Shown: positions 1 through 13,440 of the stretch, one piece after another
Position numbering within the stretch: the stretch's first letter is position 1
Layout: every line of letters begins with the position of its first letter
Source of the DNA: Girardia tigrina
Lineage: Eukaryota
DNA: 60,613 nucleotides
Direction: 5' to 3'
NCBI GenBank assembly: GCA_001938485.1
Contig: MQRK01243983.1
Span: forward strand, 1-60,613
Notes under the pieces: generated by a model
What the model was told of the DNA's origin: nothing
Databases searched by the model: none
Seen by the model: the letters and a program-made list of their open reading frames with translations, nothing else
Translations under genes and position numbers: made by a program

Positions 1-300
1 CACCTCGAGTACGTTGTGTCGTTTCTGTCTTTTACGAATTCTGAACGTCTTGCCCATTTTTCTCTGATCATCATCTTAAGTTCGTCTAGGTGCCCATCCA
101 ACCACCGCTGATTGATTGGAGCTCTTTTCCTTTTTCTACTCAGCCTTTGTATCTCGCTTCTGATTGCATGATTAAGGGAGTTCCATGTAGTGGTGTCTGA
201 AACAGTAAGATGCGGAAGTGATTCTATTATCGCCTCTTTCTTCTTGACTGCCACTGTGGAGTATTTTCCAGCCGTTGTATTCGGTTGTTTCATTTCCCCG
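1..300 (-). mobile_element. non-LTR retrotransposon (RTE-like) ORF2 fragment, endonuclease-RT linker region
   Basis: Minus frame is open to the window edge: ...TWNSLNHAIRSEIQRLSRKRKRAPINQRWLDGHLDELKMMIREKWARR, matching the W..L..AI...KRKR...WxD pattern of the LINE EN-RT linker. Confidence 0.45.
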
Positions 301-1403
301 ACAGTGAGGATATTATGATAAATTATGATTTAGGATAATTTCTTATAATCGATTTGGCATGTGAACGAGTTTTGTGAAGAAGATCAATTTTCGGAGAAGT
401 AACTTATATAACATAAGTATGGCATGATTTTTTAAAAGAGGATAGTAACTATTTAGTAACATTAGATTTTAAAAAAAGTCTTTAAAATAATATTGCAATT
501 CAGACCTTGAACCTTACAAGGTTTCCTTATAAAATCATACCTTACACACAAATGAATAACATATGATGCGCTTCTTTTCGTTACCTATCAGAACATACAA
601 ATTGATCCAGCTTTAGTATCATCATTTACCTAAAAGATTTAAGGATCAAAAACTTGAAAAAGTATTAGCTGTTGCTTTGATTGAAATGGTCTAAATATAA
701 AAAAGTCAATAGCTTTAACTGCGCAATAAACAGAGTCATTTGTATCCGTCTTTTATAAGGTTTACAATAATTAGCAAATTTGTCAATATTAAATATTCTT
801 CTATACATTGAATCTGTGGATCCGATTTTTCATGATAAACTAATGTTTTCTTTAGTTTTTTTCTACTTGTTGGATTTCAATCGCTTTCAGTTGCTTGTAA
901 GGTGAGGAAGATAAGATCTTATAAAATTTATTTCTTTACGTCTTAATAAGCGGACAAAATGTAGCGACTCTCCATAGCTTCTTAACACGATAACTACAGC
1001 AATGGTAAAAAGTTGTAGCATTGATCATCAGGGTATGATTCTCTGGACGTCTTGTAAAGGATGTAAATTTTTTAAGATATTATTAAAAATTAAAAATCTT
1101 ATTTGAGATATTTAATATCGGTTTGGTTTAAATAACAATGTCTTCATTTAACCTTAAGTTAGATCTTGTTTTATGGAAAAATAATCAAAATTTGATGTTA
1201 ATTTCAACTTTGAAAACTTTATTAATATTAAATACAGATGTATTGAATAACAGTTATTATCTCTATCTAATACCAGACAAATTATATAAGAATGAGGGCC
1301 ATGATTGAAAGAGTGACGAGTGAACTGAGGCGAAAGGAAGACTCCGGATAAGTCCAAAAAGCCTAAACCATTTGACATTAATTAATGTGGTTTATTAATA
1401 TTA

Positions 1404-1486
1404 CAGTCGAACCCCGGTTTAACGAAACACACGGGATCGAGAAAATATTCGTTAAAACTGTGTTTCGTTAAAGCGGAGTTTGACTG
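1404..1486. mobile_element. 83-bp pogo/Tigger-type MITE
   Basis: TA|CAGTCGAACCCCGGTTTAACGAA ... TTCGTTAAAGCGGAGTTTGACTG|TA: imperfect ~23-bp TIRs with CAGT ends and a TA TSD. A related right end lies at ~3565-3588. Confidence 0.75.
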
Positions 1487-1644
1487 TAATGGCTGATCCA
1501 TCCCCAAGTTTATTTACTATTCATTTTTAAAATTAAAAGAATAAAAATCCATATACTTTATTGAAAATATTTAGTTAATCAAAACACAAAAAACCGTACA
1601 GTGTGGCTTGACATCGTTCACTTAAGGCAGATTTCGCCAGAGTA

Positions 1645-2760
1645 CATTGGCGTCCCAAAGGGGGGGGGCAAAGAGGGCTGTTGCCCCCCCCCCTGGAAAC
1701 TTGAATAATTTATCATTTTAATTGTACTATGTCGATCTCCCATAGTCTCAGAAAAAAGTTATTTTAGTCTAAAATCTAAGTAAAAGGCTTTTAGTTAATT
1801 TTTTTTGATAGTAATATTTTGAAATTAGGTTACAAAACGGAAGTCGAGCCTTAAATATTATTAGAATTTCTAATTTAGAAAATTGAAATTGTAAACTTTT
1901 TATTCATGAATCATGATTTATATAAAATTACTTTGGTAAAATTTTTTAATCGTATTATTCCTCTCCTTTTAGAATGGATATAATAAAATATTTATCCTGT
2001 GACAAGCCCGAAAATAAAAAGAAGAAAATACAGACTCTAAGTGAACCTGAATCTGTACCATATACTGAATTTAGTGACCATGCAGAAATTACTTATCCTG
2101 TGAATGATCGAATAGAAGAGTCAACTACACAAGAAACACAAATGAAAATATGTACGATATTGGTGCACATATCAGTGTTTCTTCTATTCCATTTGATTTA
2201 AAATTAAAGATTCTCCTAAACACAACAGTTCCTAAAAAAGAATACAATTTTAAAAAAGATTCAACTGGGAAAAGGGCTTTTCGATTTCCTTGGATAGAAG
2301 AATATTCACCATGGTTGTGTTATTCAATAATTAAAAAGGTGCATTTTGCAAATATTGTGTCCTTTTTCAACCATAGATTCATCGATGTCTTCAAGGGGCA
2401 TTTATAAAATCAGCATTTATAAACTATAAAAATTTTCATGAAGCTACTAGATATCATCTGACGTCGCAATGGCACAAAGAAGCAACTATTGATGCGCAAA
2501 ATTTTATTACCGTTAACAAATATCCCGAGAAAGATATAATTAGTCAAATCGATTCTGCAGCACAGGCGACTATAAAATCGAATCGAAAAAAACTAGGTTC
2601 AATTTTGTCTTCGATTATATTTTGAGCTACTCATGACTTACCCTTGCGGGGAAAACATAGCAATGAAGGGAATTTAAAGGATTTATTTCGATTTCGAATT
2701 GAAGCTAGTGATGTTACATTACAAAAACATTTGACCACAGTACCTGCAAACGCAAATCAA
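1645..2760 (+). mobile_element. 5' part of a decayed hAT (Tip100/Blackjack-type; ZMYM1/P52rIPK-like transposase)
   Basis: Terminus CATTGGCGTCCC followed by G/C tracts. Frameshifted ORF: KRAFRFPWIEEYSPWLCYS..GAFCKYCVLF (TTF-type zinc finger) ... NRKKLGSILSSIIF*ATHDLPLRGKHSNEGNLKDLFRFRI (DUF4371-like). Confidence 0.8.
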
Positions 2761-5664
2761 AAAAAGTAAATCAAACGCAAATTAATCGATTAGCAAAAAC
2801 TCTTCATGGTAAAGAAAAAATGAGCTGACATTATTGGTAAAAATCATGGTAAAAACTAATTTATTTGATAGATTCCATTATTTCTCAAATCAACTCAAAA
2901 GTTCATTGGGGAGCTGGAAAGATTCCATTCCAAGTCTTTAGAGTCCCCCAAAAAAGCCTTTAATTCCCATTCAAAATATTTAAAGTTAATCGAGAATGAG
3001 GCCGAAAACACGAAAAATAGAAGAGAGTTCCGAAATTGAGAATACTCAGCGCTGTAATTTAAATTATTCCAGTCCAGAAAACTCAGAAGACACCTGAAAA
3101 TATTTCAGAAATTACAGTTGGATCCATAAAAAAATTAAAAATCTAAACACAAACGAAGAAACATTTAAATTTGGAAGTAGAATAAAATTTATTAATTTGA
3201 TATGTTTATTTCCTATTAGGTTTATAGAAGTAAAATAGAGCTTAAAATGAAAGCCCACAACAGCCCATAAATTTACCATTCAATGTACACATTTAAAATT
3301 ATCTTAAATAAATTCACCTAAAAATGTAGGTCGATCGAACATTCAAAACAGAATGTAATTTCACTAAATTGTAGTTTTGATATTTGAATAATCTATCAGT
3401 TTAAACTATTTAAACAAAATAAGATTAATGAATTTAATTTTATNATTTAATTTTATTAATTTGCGTATAATAAAAAGAGAACGAGTGTATCATAGGTAAA
3501 TTTTCGTTTATTTTGTAAAATGTGAAGGCAATGTTCGTAAAAGCGAGGTTTCCATTAAAATGGGGTTCGTTAAATCGGGTTTCGACTGAAAATGAAATGA
3601 AAACCAAGTTAAGAGCGTAAGTAAAAGTATAAAATTAGATAAGACACGAGTTTTTCTCAAAATATTTATGATCAAAACAAACCCATAAATTCAGAGATTT
3701 TCTAAAGAAATAATGAAAACTACAGAAAATTATTTGAAAAAAATATTATTTATATTAAAATGTCAAAAGTGTTTATCTGGTAAAAGATTTTAAAATTTTA
3801 TTAATAACTCTCTCAGAATTGGAATTCATAAATATTTTAAAGAGTTTTATAACAAGAAAAAAGAACAAAGTACAAAACAGACTTTAAATAATAGCGACCA
3901 TTTTTGGAGGCAGAAGAAAATACGTTATTTATTCACAAAATTCAGAACGAGATTTGTCTGTTCATATGTCAGACCTTTTGATATGCGTCAAATACCTGAA
4001 CGGAGAAACTGCCCTTCACAAGGGTCAATAAAAGAATTTCGACAACAAAGCATGTTAATTAATAAAAATTCAGTTCAATAAAAATAATTCATTTATTTAT
4101 TTATTAAAAAACAAATATTATTTATAATGTATAGTATATATATATATATATATAATCTTAACTATAATATATAAATTATTAATAAATAAAAATCTTACCA
4201 GATTGTAAAACAATAGCGCAAAGATAAGTTAATGCAATTTTGCACTGTGCTTTTATTACTGTAGCAAGACCTAATGAGCTCTATCTATAGCACATCTCAC
4301 TTCATAAATAGTGATCGATCAATAATTTTAGATTTTTTCTCATCAAAATAAAAAGCATTCTATATAAAAAAAATTGTATTCTAATTAAAAATTACAGAAA
4401 ATTTTGTTTTTTAAGACTAGTCTCTTAGTAAATAATATGTGGACAAGACATGTTTCGCAATTACGTAATGATTAGTGAAGAGATTATTCAGAATACAAGT
4501 CATTTATAATGCACATTAACTATTGCGTAATTCATAAATTTTACAAAAAAATCTTTAGTATAATTGGACAACTCACTTTGCAAATTTAAGCATGGTTTTA
4601 AATACTTTATTAAAAATGCCTTAGTGAATATATGCTCATAAAATGCTTCTTCAAGACAATAAATTTAGACTCATCGTTTAATTTTTCTTTATTTTTGCAT
4701 TTTTTATGTGATCAAGAATCGAGCTATTTCTACTCGATTAAGTAGGCTCAGCTATACCAGTGCAGAGATAGTGATTTATTTCTTAAATGTGAATCTCGCA
4801 TCTCTTTCAATGATATTGAGCTTAAGGCACTTCAGAGGGTCCATCCAAACTTAAGGGACTAGCAGCTCTATGATAGGATTCCTACGAAGTCTTCAACCTT
4901 CCGTTGACGAAATATATTCAGCCCCCTCAGAAAAATGACCAAACATGTTTGGATGTTCCATGGTTTTATATTCCTCTGGCTGATCTAGTGAAAGTAGAGC
5001 AGCTGATTTAAGACATTTTAAGTTTGATTTTTCTGAAAGTCGAGGTAATCGAAAACTTGCAACTAACCAGAAGATATTGCCGTAGACTGTCCTCCGATTT
5101 TATAAGTCTGATATCAGCTCTCCGGCTTTCGTATTTTTGAGAGAAATGAAGCAAAGGCCAGTTTATTGCTCACGTGGAAGAATCATGAAATTTGAGTACA
5201 ATTGCTGAGATATTGGTTGCATCGGCAATGGGAGCGTCTTTATTTTCAGATATTTGTAACATAATCTCTCTGTGGATGACAATAGCAGTGATCTTTAGAT
5301 CCTTTAAAGATATTAAGCCTTAGGCTTTTTTGGAGGTCTGAGACGCTTATTGCTTCAAAAGGCACTCCCCATATGGGGATTGACATGCCAAAGCTCCACC
5401 GCTGGACAGGCTTCAGAACACCCGTCGCCAATATTAAAAACCTTGGATCATTGCGATGCAATCGACCAGACGACTGAAGGGTCAGACGAATCCACAACAG
5501 CCTGACACTCAGGTTAGTGCTAAGCATTGTAAGTGGTTTGCAAGCCCCTGGTACTACAATAATCTGTCGGCGCAGATTTCAGCTTGCTTTCAGACACTTT
5601 AGCCTAAAGACGGAATCGTACCCAATTTAGTTTCCCAGGGATACTACGTGGAAGTATGTCTGCC

Positions 5665-5775
5665 AGGCTCTCACAGGAATCCCCACAATACCAGTAACAA
5701 CTTCAACACCCAAACGTTCTTTTTCTGTCACGAGGAGACTCAAGACGTACTTACGGATCTCAATAATAGAAAAGT
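5665..5775 (+). mobile_element. hAT C-terminal dimerisation-domain scrap
   Basis: Plus frame reads IPTIPVTTSTPKRSFSVTRRLKTYLR, close to the hAT consensus IPVTSxxxERSFSxLRRLKTYLR. Confidence 0.6.
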
Positions 5776-6859
5776 GTTACGCTGGGTGAAAATACAGGAG
5801 TTATTCAAGAAATTACTTTGATCCTTAGTACAATCCCGCATGCATAAAAAATCATAAAATTAGCAAGAGAACAAAGATGAAACATAAAAATACTGAAATA
5901 ATAAATTGAAAAATATATTGAATTAAGTCGAGTAAAACATCCCGAGAGATGTTCGCAAAGATGTAAGAGGTGCGCAAAGAAGCTTGAGGATGACTCTCAA
6001 AGAAGCATTGCGGACTAAAATTCAAATGATAATAACCCGATTTATAATAGAGGATAAGACTTACCCAAGAGTCTGAAGAGGCGATGACAAACATCACTAG
6101 TGAGGACCGTCTCCTCGAGTTGAGCTCCGACACCGGTCGACGAGGAGCAACATCAGAAAGCTTCATATAACCATTCGAAGGCTCTGTGGGAACAAACAAG
6201 GGAAATTAATTTGATTATTAATTATTCAAAATTAATTAACCAAGAGTTCTAAATAAAGGTCACTGTATGAATCATCTATGATTCATCTTTCCTGTGACTT
6301 GAAAAGTCCGAAAAAAAGAAACACCCCTCTACAAGTAATTATCGATAAATTCGGAATAACCGCCGGGGAAGATTGCTATCTGACATATCTATTGCACCCT
6401 GAGCCGTGTAAACAAGAGCTCCGTTGATAGTCATTCTGAAAATATAAAGATGAATAACAAGGGCACCCCCCTCATGAACAATTATTAGTCTGACGATAAT
6501 GAGCATACGGAGAAAGAAATAACCAGATACCACACAGACAGCTGGAGGCATAAACAGTTAATCGAAAACGGGTAACGATTTTATACCGATGACTAGGCGA
6601 CGTTGGAAATCTGAATAAGCAATTATTAATAGAAATCTAATCCAATTGGAAAATCGGCTGTTTTGAAGTAATACATCACTATGGTAGGTTTAGTGACAGA
6701 TCAGTTGAGTGACAAAGAAAGTCATAAAACAATGCAGATGTGCATGTATACTCGAGCGCACCGGGTAATAAACATGAGCGGCTGGCTATAAATACCAGCG
6801 TTTTTTACAGTCGCTGTCATTTATGTATAGCCTCTTATAATAAAAGTGACCCCCTAGAT

Positions 6860-8660
6860 CAGGCATGTCAAACTCATTTCGGTATACGGGCCAAATTCAT
6901 CAAAAATTGTCTTCAAAATCTTTTTGCGGGCCACATCTGCTTAGGTTTATTAAAAATTCAAATTTTGAGTGTTAATTGAATATAAATTTACCATAAAGAA
7001 AACAAAAAATTTTTTTATAGAAACATATTTATTAATAAAAANNNNNNNNNNNNNNNNNNNNNNNNNNNNNNNNNNNNNNNNNNCATTTTTCAAATCATCA
7101 AAATTTGGTATAAAATTTTGGCTTGATGTAATTTTTAAAATTGATGCTAAATGTTCTTCAGTCAATCTAGTTCGCTGTGCAGTTTTATTCATCTTCATTT
7201 GTGAAAAAAGCTGTTCACAAATATATGTGCTACCAAACATGGATAATATGCGAATAACAAAATGTCGAATTCTTGGAACACGATCTGCGGGTAAGTATCC
7301 GTAAAATTCTGAATACCAATTTCCTTATATTTTTGGTTCAATAAAGTGTCACATCGTAGTTCTATAAACTCCATTTTCAAATTTTCATCAATATTTTCAA
7401 TGTCAACAGACATCGGAGAGCAAAAAAAATATTTAAATGAGACTCGCTACTTTGAAAATCCGAAAACCTCTTTTCAAAATCTTCTTCCAACATCTTTAAT
7501 TATTTCTCAAATTTGTCAAATTTTAATTATGAATGTTCAAGCAAAAGAGTCTTACAAATTGAAAAATTTGATAAATTTTCTTTTTTTATTTGTATTTGCC
7601 ACAAGGATATCTTTTGCTTGAATGTATTTATTTGGTCATACAATGAAGGTATGAGCAAGTTTCTACCCTGAAGATTAATATTGAGTTGACTGAGATGCCC
7701 AGTAATGTCAACTGTGAAAGCCAAATCCTGTATCCAATTAACATCTTTCAGTTCAGAGCAGTCATAACCTTTAATTTCTAAAAAAAGTACGATTTCATAC
7801 AACAGTTGTAAAAATCTTCTTAAAACTTTATGACTTGAAAGCCAACGAACTTCAGTATAATATGGCAAATCTTCGTATTCAGATTCCACGTCATTCAGCA
7901 ATGATATAAATTCCCGATGGTTTAATCTGCGTGCTCGAATAAAATTAACAACTTTAGCAACTGCTTTAAATACATTATCAATTTTAATTACTTTTGAGCA
8001 TAAGACTTGCTGGTGGATAATACAATGGAAGTGTTGAACAGATTTATTATGATGGGTTTTAACATAAGTTTTTAGTCTACCAACGACACCACGTGAACCT
8101 CCAGTCATAGAAGGGGCCCCATCAGTTGCCAAAGATACCAAGTTATTCATTGGAAGATTATATTTTTTAATAGAAATCATAAGTGCATCGTATTCCAATT
8201 ATTAGAATTACTTCTAATAGCTCTTCAGTTATTGTCATATTCCGATCACATCCTCGAATAAAAACGGCTAACTGTGCTACATCTGTTAAATCAGTACTCT
8301 CATCGATTGAAATTGAAAACACTTCAAAATTTAATGCCACTGAGCGAAGTTGGTCTCTTAAATTTGAAGCAATGTCAGTGATTCTATTCGCAACTGTATT
8401 TCGGGATAAACTAATGCTTTTAAATTTATTTATCATATGGGGGCATAACTCTTCACTGCTATTATTAAACATTCACTGATGAAATCGCCTTCCATAAATG
8501 ATTTTGATTTTTTTTGCAATTGCATGCGATAACCGATAACTAGCTGTTACGGCGGCCACATTTTCTGCAACTGGTTTAGTGAAAATGCTTTGTTGTTTAC
8601 GAAGAACTGCTTTTAATTCGATCAACTTTTCCTTACGAATTTTTCCAACGATATTTTTCT
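6860..8660 (-). mobile_element. hAT Buster/Charlie/SPIN-type element with frameshifted GTF2IRD2-like transposase; 5' end missing
   Basis: ORFs 8167-8472, 7527-8198, 7195-7413 and 6950-7240 give ISLSRNTV, SIDESTDLTDVAQLAVFIRG, ATDGAPSM, HCIIHQQVLC, EVRWLS, MFGSTYICEQLFS. TIR CAGGCATGTCAAAC at 6860 is preceded by an nnnTAnnn site (CCCTAGAT). Confidence 0.9.
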
Positions 8661-11132
8661 AATTTCTTTTACTTAATATATTTTATTGGAACAATTAATT
8701 TTGTTACTCATTTATATATTTATACCTAAATTCATTTTATGTAATATATTTTATTGAAAGAATTCGTTTTACTACTTGTTTATTCATTTATATATAATTT
8801 TATTTTACCCTGTCGGTTCTCTTTTAGTGGCTTTATTTTGTTATCTTAAGAGGCAAAATGAAGGAACGTTCTCCGATTATCGAGGATATTGAATGAGGCA
8901 GAGTTAAATCAGACGATAGCGGCACGAAGGTGATGAGAAAGACCGTGAAGTAGGAGATAGGATTCACTTGTAAATATTGTAAATTGTAGTTGAAGTTTAG
9001 GGAATAACGGCGTTGTAAATAATATTGATGGAGCTGTTTGAAGATTGGTTGGAATTTATTGGCAAGATTATCTGAGTGAGATGAAAGTATGATAATGTCC
9101 CGGAGGAAGTTCGTATCGAGGAGTAAGGGGTTCGATGTATAAATTGTAAATAGGGGACTTGCAGATAATATTTTGATAATAGAGTTAATTTAGTGGTAGT
9201 GTAAATATAGTAAAGAAACTAGAGTCATGAAAGCAGCACCGAGTAGAACTAAGGGTAGGAAGACGGCGAAGTAGTCGAGATATAGAAAGATGCGTTATCA
9301 ATGATAAATGATTCCTTTAATTCAGGAATATAAACACTTACGGTTAATAATAGTTTATCAATTTTGTTTTTTCTTCGTCTGTTAACATGCATAAATAAAT
9401 CTTGAATCTTTGAATCTTGGCAGAAGAGAGTCAATATAAATGTCGAACTAGGTGAGGTCGTACGCCTGAATAAACGTAAATAGTAATCTAAAAGTTTAAC
9501 TATTGATTGACAATTCGGCTAACGACTGAATAGTAATAGTTTTAACGGATAATGATAGAAGGAAAATAATATGAAATAATTTAAATAATTTAAACGAAAC
9601 TGCGAATGAGTCAAAGAACCTTTTGGAGGTGAAGCGGGTCGTTCCGTAGCATGCATAGGGACACGCCGTTCGATCGTCGTCTATTTTCTAGAGGCTTTCT
9701 TCGCTCAGAGTGTTGGACACATTCAGATAATGTAATCATAAAATAAATTAAATAATGCTTAAATATTTCTTCCCCTATGAACACTGCAGCTACCGGTCGG
9801 GCAATACTCATTACCAGTCTGAACCCGAAGCCCCTCGAAAGAGACGCGTTCGTTCCCCTGAGCAATAGCAAAAAAATGTAGATGCCAGTATGAGTTGCCG
9901 TTAAGTTCAGAAAATGACTGGGGGCTCTGAGTCCACAAAAATGTTGTAAAGAGAGGGGAATGCAAGAAAAGCCTTTTAACAATATCATGTTGCTACAAGA
10001 AAAGAACAGAAAAATTTGATCTTTTTACAATAGCAAGAGACTTTGTGACTGCCAACCCTTGTCGGAATGACTTTTTGGAGGAAATTGTTAATTGTATCGT
10101 TTATATAAAATTTAATTAGTTTCTTGGCTTCAAAAATAAACTCGATCCTGTTCTTTGGGAGGGTTCCATTAACTACTGTTTCTCAGGAATGTTTGTCTTC
10201 TTTTCAGCCCACCCAGGTGTATAACCGTTCCGGCACCTATGGTTGTAAGGTATGTTGTCTTTCCCAAATATCATTGCCAAATTAGTAATTTAACGTTTAA
10301 ATAGTTTGACGAAATCAAATTAAATTTAACAGAAGTTAAATTTAATTAACCATTAAAAACACCAACAGTGGCCGAATTGGCCACATACGAATTTCAAATC
10401 TTGCTTCCCACTTTAATATAATAGGAAAAACTATGAAATTTTGTGAATATGTCTAACTTTTTATGCTCTTTCTAATGTTGTATTAAAAATTAATGTGTTT
10501 GCTATGTTCTTTGACCTGAATGTTGTATTAATTTAAAATAACACTGGCGTCTAAAAAGGACGAATCAGCCACTTTATTAAAAACAACAAACAAAAGATTT
10601 CAAATGTACATCTTTTCAACATAATGGACAAGTTTATGAAACACAGTGAATAAACAGTGCTTTCTGACACTTTTTGTAGGTTTGAATAATCTAACCAGAT
10701 TTCATCTACTGGTAAGACATGTTCATCTACTGTCTTTGAGAGCAACTGCTGGCTGAATCACTTTAGTTGAACCCAAACGAATGGTTTCACAATGTTTAAA
10801 ATAAAACTAAATTAATGTTTGTTTAAAATTTAAACAAAAGAAAGTCATACTAAGTATTCAACACCGTTCGAGAATGAATGCTCTGAGAAGTTATTTTCTC
10901 TTTTGTTTCTCTCTCAGTTTGTTTGTTTTGAGATATTTTGAAAATTGATTAATTTTCAAGTGTTAAAACGATTTATTGAAATTATATGTTTTTATCTTTA
11001 TGCATTCGGTGTATACGTGGTGAATAGTGTTTCTTCTCGAGACAATTTCAATGTAACAATTTTGTTTTTCTCAAGAAATCTTGATATTTCTCGAGAAAAA
11101 CAATGTTAAAAATATATTTAAAAAACAAAAAA

Positions 11133-11644
11133 CGATCATCAGAATTTATTGTGATTAATTTCGACGGATCAACCGTCATCATCAGACTGAATTAACAATG
11201 ATATACTCGCGTTTATATATCAAAGTAATGTTTATACAATCATTATGTCATTTAAATCATGAAAATACTTTCAATAAAGTTGAAGAGGATGGTGTTTGGA
11301 CATTGATTTAGGATCAAAAGATTTAATCAACAATGCTTCACACATCGCCCTCTCCCAGTAATTATCAAATTGTGAACATAAAATCTTAAAATTACTTACG
11401 TCAACTTTACTATTCAAACAGTTCTTCTTATGTTGAGCAATATTGCTATCACTTTCCCTGCGATTATGTTCCTGAACCCGTTTACAGAGATGACGACAAG
11501 TCTCTCCGATGTATGTGGCGTCACACCCATTACATTTATATTGATAGACTAAATTGGAACATAACCCAGTTGGAGTGATAGATTTACTACTAAACAAACT
11601 TCCTATCTTACATGATCTAGATACAATTTTTAAATTGTATCTAT
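11133..11644 (-). mobile_element. Penelope-like element 3' fragment (GIY-YIG endonuclease) nested in the hAT
   Basis: ORF 11271-11597: NLVYQYKCNGCDATYIGETCRHLCKRVQEH...EALLIK. Followed by a hammerhead motif typical of PLE terminal repeats. Confidence 0.85.
11147..11190 (-). ncRNA. minimal type-I hammerhead ribozyme motif
   Basis: Minus strand reads CAGT-CTGATGA-T-GACGG ttgat CCGTC-GAAA-TTAA-TC^AC: intact core boxes, 5-bp helix II, palindromic ATTAAT helix III and an AUC cleavage triplet. Confidence 0.7.
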
Positions 11645-13440
11645 AATGAGCGATGGTGCTACTGTTATGAAAAAATTTGGAAGATTATCTCCAGCGATTC
11701 AACAACTCTGCTATAATCATGGGTTACATTTAGCCGTTTTGAAAGTTTTTTTTATGGGAAGGATAAACATAATAATAATTTAATCAATGTTAAAGCGTCA
11801 GAATTGGATAAAGAATCTGAAATGGAATTTTCAGAAAATGACATTTTCGATTCCGATACTGAAATCTTAGAGGAGTACATTGGTGTTTCTTTACAACCAA
11901 ATATTGAAAAAAAAACAATTAAATTTATTAGAAAAATTGCAAAAATTTTCAGATATTCGCCAGTCAAAAATTCTATATTACAGAAATATTTAGGGAAACA
12001 AGAAAACCAGGAGTTAATGTTAATTTTAGATTTTAAAACCTAGTGTAATACCATGGAGGTGATGGTAGAAAGATTTCTAACGATTTCTACACCAATCGAA
12101 AAAGCATTATTCAATTTATATTTGGCAAATCTGTGGGATAAGAACTACATTGCAATCGCTAAGCATGTAGTGGAAACGTAAAAGCCACTCAGAATTGCCA
12201 TAGAAAAGACTCAGACTCTCATAGAAAAGACTTAGCAGAGAAGACTCAACATTGTTAAGTGCTGACGGAGTGCTAAAAGTTTTATTCAAAGCCTTGGAAG
12301 AAAGCAACTCAGATTTGAGTAATCAATTATTAAAAGTAATTAAAGAAGAAATATCTAAAAGAAGAGATAATACTTTAGTTTCTCTGATTAGACTTATTCA
12401 CAACCCTCATAAAATTTCCCAAAGAATCAGATGTGTTTTTCAATATGTCAGCCAGAAATGGTATATATAAGTTTGCCAAAACTATTCAATCAAGAATTTT
12501 TGGAAAAAACATTTTGGATTTTTCGGAAAACAGAGAAGGTGAAATAACTCAAATTACTCTCGAAAGTGAAACAGAAATTATGGAAGAAATAGAAAGAGAA
12601 GAAAAATTAAAGAAACAACTAAATGCATCGGTCATGGAAAGTTTGAAAGAATTCCAAATTCCTGATGCTGCTTATTTTAAGAGTTCAATACAAGAATTTA
12701 AGTTATATGAGGCAAACGGAAAGTGAACGTCTAATTTACAACAACTTTTGGATGTTCTTCTCACAATCAAACCAAGTTCGACTCAAAATGAGCGTAATTT
12801 CTCAATTGCTACAGATTTTATTACTAAAAAACGAACAAGAATATTAGGATCAACTTTAAATGCTCTATGCTTTCTCAAAAGTTATTTAAAGAAAAATTAA
12901 AATTGAACTTTGCATAAAAATCTTTTTAATTTTTTTAATAAAATTTTGACCGAATTGTTATCTTTTTTTATGTTATATTTTTACCTTTTGTGTTTTAAAT
13001 TTTTCAATAAAAATGTGATTTACAATTATGATTTATTTTGATATTTTATTATGTTTATCGAGATTTCTCGAGAAATCAAAATTTTTTCCCTTCTCGAGAA
13101 ATGAAAAAGGTTGAGAAATCAGGAACACTAGTGGTGAATCAGTGACAATTTCGTATTTATATATCAATAGTATTTTGCGTAGCATAAAAATCTTTTCACC
13201 AAAAAATTGGGTGTCAAAATCTGCTCGAGTGTTATAAACCGAAGTTTCTATTAAATTTATCTTTAAAACTAGCAAGTTATTTATAATTGATACAAAGATA
13301 TTATTGTCAAGGGAAAAAGTATTATTATTATTTACAAAAAGAAAAGATTTATTATTTAATGTGAAAATTAATAATATGAAAATTATAATTGTCAGAAAAT
13401 TATGTTTTTGTTTGAATAACTGGAATATAGAACTAGAACT

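Larger units (their letters stand above)
11025..13130 (+). mobile_element. hAT transposon with both termini, internally deleted and frameshifted
   Basis: Perfect 8-bp TSD GTGGTGAA (11017-11024 and 13131-13138), TAGTGTT.../...AACACTA termini, and transposase remnants SDGATVMKKFG, QLCYNHGLHLAV, IFRYSPVKN, IKPSSTQNERNFS. Confidence 0.9.
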
